A program made the translations under genes and the position numbers. The notes beneath the pieces were generated by a model. That model made no database searches and was not told the DNA's origin. It saw only the letters and a list, made by a program, of their open reading frames with translations. Shown piece by piece: positions 44,710 through 51,779 of a stretch of 51,779 bases of DNA. Location of the stretch: positions 1-51,779 of IMG/VR virus record IMGVR_UViG_3300032295_000393; one strand, written 5' to 3'. Source of the DNA: a virus (taxonomy: Duplodnaviria; Caudoviricetes). The first letter of the stretch is position 1. Each line of letters starts with the position of its first letter.

Positions 44710-45516
44710 TTACTTCAATACTTTCAGAACCTTGTTGAGCGATGCGCTGGTGAGGTCTTGAATGTTGGTCACGTTCTCTGCGTGTGTAAAGCACTCGGCA
44801 ACCTCGGTGTGTCCAATGCCAATTGCAATCAACGTGATGCCTTGCTTGTCAGCAAGCTTTTGCAGGTACTGCATATGCGGCTGGTTGTAGCCATTCGCAT
44901 CAGTCAGCAAGAACAAAACTTTGCGTGGCTCTTTGCGTATAGCCAAGTCCTCAATTGCAAGAGCGATGGACGAGTAGTCAGGCGTGGAGCCCTGAGCGCA
45001 TTGAGCGATAGCGCCAAGCTTTGCAGATGCCTTGCCCAGTGATTCACCCCACTTCTTGAATGGGATGAAGATAGGCTTCTCGACTCGCACTGCTATGTCT
45101 CGTGATGCACCTGTTGCATTCTGCACCTGTGCATCATCGCCGCCGTAAAAACCTGTCACCGAAAACTCAGCGTTGGCCTTGTCGAATATCTTGCATAGCT
45201 GAACAGCAACCTGACCAGCAAGGGCGATCTCGCCGCCATAGGTCATTGAGCCCGAGCAGTCGATCATGATGCTGACCGCTGACCGCTCTGCCTCACGCAC
45301 CTGACGCTTGCTGAAGATGTTTGCATCACCACAGGCGTAGCGTGTAAACGCTTTGCGATCAACCCTGCCCGACTCCTCGTGTGTAGACCAGCTAACCAAA
45401 TCATTCGAGCGCAAGATGCGAAGCAAGTTGGCTCGTGTTGCACCCATGCCTGATGGCGTGAGCGTGTAGTTGTTTTTGTATGTCTTCTCTGCTCTGTCTT
45501 TGTCAACGTGTCTCAT
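44710..45516 (-). CDS. vWA (MIDAS) domain protein, CobT C-terminal-like
   Basis: SGRVD, IMIDCSGSM (DxSxS), GSTP, LLTDA and IAIGIG. Confidence 0.85.
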   Translation of the reverse strand: MRHVDKDRAEKTYKNNYTLTPSGMGATRANLLRILRSNDLVSWSTHEESGRVDRKAFTRYACGDANIFSKRQVREAERSAVSIMIDCSGSMTYGGEIALAGQVAVQLCKIFDKANAEFSVTGFYGGDDAQVQNATGASRDIAVRVEKPIFIPFKKWGESLGKASAKLGAIAQCAQGSTPDYSSIALAIEDLAIRKEPRKVLFLLTDANGYNQPHMQYLQKLADKQGITLIAIGIGHTEVAECFTHAENVTNIQDLTSASLNKVLKVLK

Positions 45517-45525
45517 GTTTACCCC

Positions 45526-46647
45526 TTAATAAAAAGCTATCTCTTCAACCTTTGGTCTTGCAACAGCAGGACGATGACCCTTGGCATCGACCTTTGACTT
45601 GTGCTGACCAAGCTCGTTCTGAATGAACTTGTCAAACTCAGGACGGCGGCGCTTGTCGGTGAATGGATCGTTGCTGTACCCATTGCCGCCCTTGTCGCTT
45701 GGCTTGCCTGACTCACCGGCTTGATCACCCTGTTCACCCTCGCCATCACCCTGCTCAGGCTTGTCAGAACCGTCACCAGCGCCCTGATCTGCGCCGTCTG
45801 ACCCCTTACCCTCACCGTCAGCTTTATCGCCTTGCTGATCGCCTTGGTCACCAGCCTGATCACCCTGCTGGTCGCCGCCCTGATCCCCTGCTTGGTCGCC
45901 CTGCTGGTCATCACCTTGCTCGCCTTGCTGACCGTCATCACCCTGCTGACCGCCGTCATCTTGCGGCTCTTGCGGAGGTTGCTTCTTCTGCTCCTCGTGG
46001 GCTTGCTGAAGACGTTTAAACAACTCGACTGCAATGTCTGCAATGGTGGTTGTGTTCTTTGCTTTCTGTGCGCTGGTCAATGCCCACTCAATGTCGGCTG
46101 ACCAAGGCGACACGCCAAGCACTGTCGGGTGACTGATGGGGTAACCGTTCAAGCGCCGCCCCTCAATGGCGAGCATGAATGGCACGTTCTTCAGATCGTC
46201 AGGCTTGACGTAACCGTTCTTGTCCAGCACTGCATTGGTCAACTCTTCAAACAATGCCTTGCTGTTGGGCGCATAGCCTGAGTGAATGACGCACTGCTCA
46301 ATGCGTGGGTCTTCAAGACCGTTGATCAATGAGCCAACGTATGAGCCATGCTTCTCACGAGCGTTGTCCCAAGGTGCGTTGTCGGTGAACCATGCATGAC
46401 CAAGCTCGTGCAAGGCGTAGCCAACGGTGTTGTTGAATACCTTGCGAGAGATGGTTGCCATGTCATCGATGGATGGGAAGATCAACTTCACGCTTTGCAA
46501 TGTCTTTGCACTGGAGCGTCTGAAGATGATCCCCGCTGTCTTGCCTGACCACAGAATGTCGAGCTTGTCGATCTTCTGTCCGCTTGCTTGGAAGACACGC
46601 TCAAGCGTTGATGCAACGCCTCGTTTAACGTCTGTACCTAAAAACAT
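45526..46647 (-). CDS. CobT N-terminal-like protein with HExxH motif and Q/G/D-rich tail
   Basis: GYALHELGHAWFT...NGLEDPRIE; low-complexity acidic linker. Confidence 0.75.
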   Translation of the reverse strand: MFLGTDVKRGVASTLERVFQASGQKIDKLDILWSGKTAGIIFRRSSAKTLQSVKLIFPSIDDMATISRKVFNNTVGYALHELGHAWFTDNAPWDNAREKHGSYVGSLINGLEDPRIEQCVIHSGYAPNSKALFEELTNAVLDKNGYVKPDDLKNVPFMLAIEGRRLNGYPISHPTVLGVSPWSADIEWALTSAQKAKNTTTIADIAVELFKRLQQAHEEQKKQPPQEPQDDGGQQGDDGQQGEQGDDQQGDQAGDQGGDQQGDQAGDQGDQQGDKADGEGKGSDGADQGAGDGSDKPEQGDGEGEQGDQAGESGKPSDKGGNGYSNDPFTDKRRRPEFDKFIQNELGQHKSKVDAKGHRPAVARPKVEEIAFY

Positions 46648-46656
46648 AAAGCCCCC

Positions 46657-48162
46657 TTACTTGGCTAAGAATTTTTTGAATTCCACGGTGTCAACCGTGG
46701 CGGTGAAGATGCCTACCAACTCAGCCTCGCAGTCAGCGGGAAACTTGTTGACGATGGCAGAGCGAAACGCTGTCACCGTTGGGATGCCCTTGGTCACTGC
46801 TCTTGCCCACGCAAACAACTGTCGCAATGATGGAGGCTGAGTCAGTACACCAGCCCTTGCTTTCTCACGAGCCACGTTGGCGAAGCGCACGAGAACGTCA
46901 GCGGCATCGATGTTTAAACCTGTCCGCTTGTTGATGAGTGCAACCTCGTCATCATGTGGCAGGTACTCGAACTCCAGCGTGTAGCTGAAGCGATCAATGA
47001 ACGCACTGTTCTGATCACGAACACCAGCGAAGTTGCCGGACTGGTCACCGTGACCGTTGCTGTTGTCAGCGCAGAAGAATGCAACGTGCGATGCAACAGG
47101 GATGCGAGTGCCTGTCTCGGCGATCACGATGGCACGGTTGGCAGAGCGTTCGCACAAGGCGTGGAGAGCGGCGAGGTTCTGCGCTCTTGCGAATCCGATC
47201 TCGTCCAACAGCACGAGCGAACCAGTGTGCTGGATGGCTTGGGCAATGATCCCTGCTTTCCATTCGACTGAACCGTTCTTGACGATGTTGCCGCCGATGA
47301 ATTCGCTACGCTCCATCGCCTCATCAAAGTTGATGCGGAACAGTTTGCGCTTGAGCCTTGCGCTCAGTTGTTCGCAGAATGCAGTCTTGCCTGTACCACG
47401 CTCACCAGCAAGCCACACGTTGTCGGGCAGTGCATCGCTCAATGCACACAAAGCTTGGTGCAGGTTGGCGGGGTTGAAGACGTAGTCATCGACAACAGCG
47501 CAAGCCTCTGCATCATTCCAAACCAGCACCTCCAAGTCCTCGAAGTTGACAACCTCGCCGTCCTGCTCGTACCACAGGGGAGCGGGGAACACCTCCGATG
47601 CCTTGCGTGTCTCGAACACTGCCACGCTGTTGGCAATGACCTGTAGTTGGTCAGGTGTGACCGTCTTCTTCAGAGCCTTGAACAGGTTGCCCACTTCAGA
47701 GTGGATGGCGTTGTCGATCTTGCCGTAGTCCACGCCTGTGATCTTGCTGACCTCAGTGTCGAGACGTTTAAACAGGTCACGCTCAATGCTGTCAGCTTTC
47801 GAGATGACTGCACCTCTCAGTTGGCGAACCTCGTCCAGCGCCTTTGATGCAAGCGTGTTGGTTGACGAGACGATGGCTTGCGTGTTGCGAACCTCGGTGA
47901 TTGCATCGTTGACCAATGCGACTGAAGAGTCAGCCACTGGTGTAGTGGACTGCTTGGCGTTGATCACTGCTGTTGACAGTGGCACGAGGTCACGAATCTC
48001 GCCAATGCTGATGCCGCCCCTGTTGACGATGTCGGTCAGGATGCTGACCACACGCACCTTGTCGGCGCTGACCTCGGAGCCGTAGCCGGTCTGCACGAGA
48101 GCGGCGTTGAGTTTGCCTGTCTGAATGAGTGACAGAGCCTGAGAAATTTTTGCTGTTGACAT
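46657..48162 (-). CDS. MoxR/CobS-like AAA+ ATPase
   Basis: Walker A GERGTGKT, Walker B LLDEI, ADNSNG and NSAFIDRF, sensor SLRQ. Confidence 0.9.
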   Translation of the reverse strand: MSTAKISQALSLIQTGKLNAALVQTGYGSEVSADKVRVVSILTDIVNRGGISIGEIRDLVPLSTAVINAKQSTTPVADSSVALVNDAITEVRNTQAIVSSTNTLASKALDEVRQLRGAVISKADSIERDLFKRLDTEVSKITGVDYGKIDNAIHSEVGNLFKALKKTVTPDQLQVIANSVAVFETRKASEVFPAPLWYEQDGEVVNFEDLEVLVWNDAEACAVVDDYVFNPANLHQALCALSDALPDNVWLAGERGTGKTAFCEQLSARLKRKLFRINFDEAMERSEFIGGNIVKNGSVEWKAGIIAQAIQHTGSLVLLDEIGFARAQNLAALHALCERSANRAIVIAETGTRIPVASHVAFFCADNSNGHGDQSGNFAGVRDQNSAFIDRFSYTLEFEYLPHDDEVALINKRTGLNIDAADVLVRFANVAREKARAGVLTQPPSLRQLFAWARAVTKGIPTVTAFRSAIVNKFPADCEAELVGIFTATVDTVEFKKFLAK

Positions 48163-48180
48163 GATAGGAAGCCTCCTGAT

Positions 48181-48771
48181 TTAAACGAGTTGAAATTGAG
48201 TGACGTTGTCACTGTCTGACTTGCCATGCGAACACCAAGGCAAGCCTGTTGATGACCACTTGGAGGTGAGTCGAACCTTGTAGCCGCACGTTGGACACTG
48301 AGCCAACAACATACGAGTTGATTGCACCTTGCGAACAGCAGAGATGTTCAGCTTGGCGTGTGGGTAGTCGCCCAGTGATTGAATCAATGGAGCGAAGTTG
48401 TCTCTGAATGCATCACCAGCGACAGTTGCAGTGACCTTGCCTTCAAGCCACAAGGCACGAACGCAAGGCACGAAACGTCCACGGTGACCATCGCCATCAG
48501 TCGCCGCATGGGACAACTCGTGGCAGAGAATTGCGAACGCTTCAACAGCGTCATCAACCACAGGGCTGATGCAGATTTCATGGTGACCATCGCTTGATGC
48601 GGCTGGTGACCAATGCTCACCGATGGCACGGTGTTGCGAGCGAGCCTTGCTCGATGGGAAACCACAGGTCACCCTGATCTTGTCAGGCAGGGGGAAGCCG
48701 TTGGCATTGAAGATGGAGCGAAGCTCCTCGACAGCGTGGGCAAGCCACTCTTCACGGTTGGTAGCAGTCAT
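48181..48771 (-). CDS. SprT-like zinc metalloprotease with C-terminal zinc ribbon
   Basis: REEWL...LCHELSHAA...GH...F; CPTCGY...PWC. Confidence 0.75.
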   Translation of the reverse strand: MTATNREEWLAHAVEELRSIFNANGFPLPDKIRVTCGFPSSKARSQHRAIGEHWSPAASSDGHHEICISPVVDDAVEAFAILCHELSHAATDGDGHRGRFVPCVRALWLEGKVTATVAGDAFRDNFAPLIQSLGDYPHAKLNISAVRKVQSTRMLLAQCPTCGYKVRLTSKWSSTGLPWCSHGKSDSDNVTQFQLV

Positions 48772-48773
48772 GT

Positions 48774-48929
48774 TTAAACCTCCTTGTGATTGAGAGCCTC
48801 AGTCACAACGTGACCAAGGAAGAAACCGCCTGCGGCGATAACGAAATTCCACAGCGGTATGCCATCGCTGTAGCTGAAGCCGATAAAAAGAAAAGCCGCT
48901 GATGCGAGCGAGACGAGAACGTAATACAT
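48774..48929 (-). CDS. Small two-TM protein
   Basis: GGAGGCTT RBS, start MYYVL; hydrophobic. Confidence 0.65.
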   Translation of the reverse strand: MYYVLVSLASAAFLFIGFSYSDGIPLWNFVIAAGGFFLGHVVTEALNHKEV

Positions 48930-48990
48930 GGATAAGCCTCCATAAGTTGAACAAGACCGCCTCACGGCGGTTTCGGCTAATCAAGCCTCA

Positions 48991-49236
48991 TCAGTTGTCC
49001 TGTGCGTTTGCGATCTGTTCATCAGTCAAGCCTGCGAACACTGGTAGCTCCCGAATGGGCTTGGTGCGGTCTTCAAGGCCACGCTCTGTATAGGGGTTGG
49101 ACAAGGCGGCAAGTTGTTCGCATCGGCATCCGAACCCATCGATAGCGGGGCAGTCAGGATGGTGCGACTCTTCTGTCATCACGATGGTGTCGCCCCCTTG
49201 GATCGTGTTGATGGTGACGTTGGTGAATGTGTTCAT
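48991..49236 (-). CDS. Hypothetical protein (HxxxC...CxC)
   Basis: GAGAGG RBS; HHPDCPAIDGFGCRC. Confidence 0.6.
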   Translation of the reverse strand: MNTFTNVTINTIQGGDTIVMTEESHHPDCPAIDGFGCRCEQLAALSNPYTERGLEDRTKPIRELPVFAGLTDEQIANAQDN

Positions 49237-49238
49237 GT

Positions 49239-49376
49239 TTAAACCTCTCTATGTGTACCGTTGATGATGGTTTGTGCGTAGGCAATGCAAGCCAACGCAA
49301 TGTCTTTGTCGCCCTGTGCGAGCGCCTTGTACGCCTCTGCAAGCGCCTCTGTCAGTAGCTCTAAATCCTGTTTCAT
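49239..49376 (-). CDS. Small helical hypothetical protein
   Basis: AAGGA RBS, start MKQDL. Confidence 0.6.
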   Translation of the reverse strand: MKQDLELLTEALAEAYKALAQGDKDIALACIAYAQTIINGTHREV

Positions 49377-49386
49377 GCGTGTCCTT

Positions 49387-49728
49387 TCAGATGCCAAGGG
49401 GAAGCTCGTTGTTCGCAAGCTTGTACTTGATCGACTCACCAGCATCAACGCCGATGGCAATCAAACGATTCTGAGCAAGCTCAAACGCCTTGCTCATGGT
49501 GTATGCAACCTCAATGTCGGTTACATCAGCGTTCGTGCCGCCACTTGACCAGTGCAGGGTCACTTTCGGCAATGCACCGAAGCTGTAGCGTTCGATGACG
49601 TAGCAAATGCCCTCTGAGCCCCAATGCGTGGGAGCAGAAAAGGTGTAGAAGATTTCACCGAGCGGTTTGCCGCCGTTATTGCGAACGGTGTTGTTGATTG
49701 TTTCTGTCACGTTGAATTTGCGGAACAT
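49387..49728 (-). CDS. Hypothetical early protein
   Basis: GGAGGCTTAACC-ATG, start MFRKF. Confidence 0.65.
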   Translation of the reverse strand: MFRKFNVTETINNTVRNNGGKPLGEIFYTFSAPTHWGSEGICYVIERYSFGALPKVTLHWSSGGTNADVTDIEVAYTMSKAFELAQNRLIAIGVDAGESIKYKLANNELPLGI

Positions 49729-49791
49729 GGTTAAGCCTCCATTGAAGTGCGACATTGCACTGATATGCCCATCGGGCATACCGCTGAAATG

Positions 49792-49995
49792 TCAGCCTCT
49801 GATTTGGTAAACATCAGAGCCGGAAGAGGTGACGCATTCACCTATTTCGAGCATCCACTCGAATGTGTTACGCACGAATGCGTTTTTGATCTCGTCAAGC
49901 GAGTTGTACTCAGTCACAGAGCTATCTGTGCGAGTGGCTGAAGTGTTCGCACTATTGCGAACCCAATCACCAGTGTGGTGATGAACGAATTGCAT
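49792..49995 (-). CDS. Hypothetical early protein (first gene of operon)
   Basis: GGAGGCTCA-ATG, start MQFVHH. Confidence 0.6.
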   Translation of the reverse strand: MQFVHHHTGDWVRNSANTSATRTDSSVTEYNSLDEIKNAFVRNTFEWMLEIGECVTSSGSDVYQIRG

Positions 49996-50363
49996 TGAGC
50001 CTCCAGTTGTTTGATGCGGATTGCATCCACAAGCACACTGCGAACAATGCACTTGAAGTGGAATCCACTTGCCGCCCTTATTCACGAGGGCGTGGCATGG
50101 GGACAGTGCCTTGCGTCCGCTCCTCTCAGAGCGGTCAGATCGTTCGCTGTTGCCCCCAATGTGTGTAGGTGGTGGGCATGGTGAGAACGGTCAACGTAGG
50201 TGACTGTCGTAGTCATCAGGGCTGTTGCTCTCTGTCTGTCCCCTGTGTGTGTAGGTGGGTGACACGTTGAGAGCCTGTACCTGACGGGCTTTCTGCTCGG
50301 GCTAGAGTGTTTGCGAGTCACTCATCGAAGCCGTCTTTGTCGTTTGATGCAAGCACCAAACTG
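49996..50363 (-). ncRNA. Long structured 5' leader of early operon with duplicated stem-loop domain
   Basis: Two hairpins present the identical 13-mer CCACCTACACACA; further stems; no convincing ORF. Confidence 0.5.
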
Positions 50364-50369
50364 AAGCGA

Positions 50370-50397
50370 ATGCTAGCACGTTTACACACTTCTGCAA
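50370..50397 (-). promoter_or_regulatory. Sigma70-like early promoter
   Basis: Minus strand TTGCAG-16 bp-TAGCAT with extended -10 TG; GTGTAAAC in the spacer. Confidence 0.55.
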
Positions 50398-50440
50398 CAG
50401 GTTGCGAACAAAAAAACCACGTTTTCTGCAAATCGTTATA

Positions 50441-50453
50441 AATCAATGGGTTA
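50441..50453 (+). promoter_or_regulatory. IHF consensus site
   Basis: AATCAATGGGTTA matches WATCAANNNNTTR, with an A-tract upstream; about 45 bp from the early promoter -35. Confidence 0.5.
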
Positions 50454-50840
50454 CGAGCGTTTCGACCCGCTCCAGCCTACCAAAATGAACTTTGGTATTA
50501 ATTGTGGGGCTGACGGCAATGAATACTTGAGTTTTCAATGCGAACGATTGGGGCGAGGGACAAGGCGAAGCCGAATGGACTGATGCTTGATAGGCAGTGA
50601 CTGCTGTAGGGAAGAGAGGCGATGAGGTGAAGAGCATGAGCTTGTGGTGAGCTTGTGCTGAGGAGTGTTTAAACGCAAACCGTTGGCTTGCTGGTGATCA
50701 CCATCTTACTGGTGTACGCCGAGCTTGCAGTTGTGAGGTGCATCGATGCGTTATGCGAACGAGTTGCGTTGTGTGTGTCGTGCTGAGAAAATGATGAGAA
50801 CAATTGCAGAGTGTTTAAACCAAGCGAAAGGGATCACAAC

Positions 50841-51467
50841 ATGGCACAAAACAAAACCAATGAGAACGATATCGGTGTAAGCACTGCACCGTTCGCAGAT
50901 GCAATCATTGACGGCGAGGGAGACTACAGCGAAGCGATACGGTCAGCCGCTCTCCAAGTAGAGATAACACAGAGAGGAGATGGAAAGCCATTCGGTCATA
51001 AACCCAACGAAGATGAAATCGTTGAGAGTAAGAAGACCACTACCAAGATGAAATTGTTCGCCTCTGCCATTGCCGATGGCCTGAGTCCAGCAGAGGCTTA
51101 CCGTAAGGTGTATGACTGCTCCAACAGCACCAATGCAACAGTGATGGCTAATGCGAACAGACTGTTGAATGATGGAAGAATTACTTTACTACTTGAACCA
51201 GTCTTCCAAGCTAAACGAGAGATGGTCATCAATGACGAGTTGGCTACGAGGCGATTCATCATGCAGGAACTCTTTGAACACGCCAAGAACACTGAGCGAG
51301 TGAGTGACAAGCTGAGAGCTTTGGAGATGATGGGCAAGAGCATTGGTATGTTCAATGACACTGCTGACAAAGATGAGAACGATCTTGATGTAGAGAAGCT
51401 CAAGAATGAACTCAAGGCGAAGATGGCATCGATGCTCAACGTCACACTGCCATCAGCCAAGCACTAG
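50841..51467 (+). CDS. terS: Terminase small subunit
   Basis: KMKLFA...AEAYRKVY...ANRLLND..I HTH; KLRALEMMGKSIGMF. Confidence 0.75.
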   Translation: MAQNKTNENDIGVSTAPFADAIIDGEGDYSEAIRSAALQVEITQRGDGKPFGHKPNEDEIVESKKTTTKMKLFASAIADGLSPAEAYRKVYDCSNSTNATVMANANRLLNDGRITLLLEPVFQAKREMVINDELATRRFIMQELFEHAKNTERVSDKLRALEMMGKSIGMFNDTADKDENDLDVEKLKNELKAKMASMLNVTLPSAKH

Positions 51468-51499
51468 GGGAGATAACTGGTCAGAGAGGGTCTGTAGGC

Positions 51500-51779
51500 G
51501 CTATGTGCAAGGCGTGTATGCAGGGCGTGTATGCGTATGCATGAGGCGTGTGTGTGGCGTAGCGTATGCCTGTGCAGGGTGTGTAAACGCTGTTCTCCAC
51601 TCGTGCGCTAGGCGGCTGGAGGCGTGTGCGCTAGGCGTGACCCCACCTACCCCGACCCCCCTTTTCTTGGCGGCATCGACTGGACTTACACTACACTCAA
51701 TTCCACACATTCAATCCCACAAAATAGCCCCCTTAACTTTCCTACTACAAACCCCCACCCCCTATATATTTTTAAAAAG
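51500..51779. repeat. Low-complexity strand-skewed repeats after terS (possible pac/terminus region)
   Basis: GCGTGTATGC twice, GCGCTAGGCG twice, then C-runs (ACCCC, ACCCCC). Confidence 0.4.

Noticed and set aside
45690-45970. Repeats (CCCTGCTG/ATCACC) as a CRISPR array or DNA repeat element
   Set aside because: They are irregular, have no unique spacers, and are explained by the Q/G/D-rich linker of ORF 45526-46647
44710-48162. CobS/CobT as cobalamin-biosynthesis auxiliary metabolic genes
   Set aside because: No CobN or other cob genes; a generic MoxR/vWA pair in an early operon is the simpler reading
1-51779. Stop-codon reassignment, tRNA genes, integrase/attP
   Set aside because: Genes tile densely in the standard code using all three stops; I recognised no cloverleaf with a T-loop consensus and no recombinase

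Overview
The window is most of a tailed dsDNA phage genome, probably podovirus-like and lytic, infecting a Gram-negative host (it has spanins; a freshwater betaproteobacterial host is only my inference). It starts inside a Mu gpT-like major capsid gene and ends just after the small terminase, so terL, portal and scaffold probably lie outside it. The + strand from 1 to 33358 carries capsid and accessory head genes, a glycosyltransferase, a cluster of small Lys/Met-rich proteins, adaptors, several tail-fibre/chaperone cassettes, a lysis cassette (holin, Rz with embedded Rz1, M15 endolysin), a nozzle protein and ejection proteins. The last of these is a 3160-aa polyvalent protein. The - strand from 41118 to 33228 carries recombination genes (exonuclease, ERF, SSB), an SPFH protein and many small ORFs. 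The + strand from 41175 to 44131 carries RusA, an HNH nuclease and a primase-helicase. The - strand from about 50360 to 44211 is an early operon with a SprT-like protease and a MoxR AAA/vWA system. I see no integrase, DNA polymerase, tRNA or CRISPR array. The most interesting signals are unannotated. (1) Two divergent small RNAs at about 41.54-41.76 kb, each with a candidate promoter and terminator, have hairpin loops complementary to ribosome-binding regions of the phage's own early and replication genes. (2) The palindrome GTTTAAAC occurs about 39 times by eye against about 1 expected. (3) Three structured RNA leaders are present. (4) A recurring [FYML][AK]xGG peptide motif is confined to likely capsid-internal proteins. 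All family assignments come from motif recognition by eye, not from database searches.
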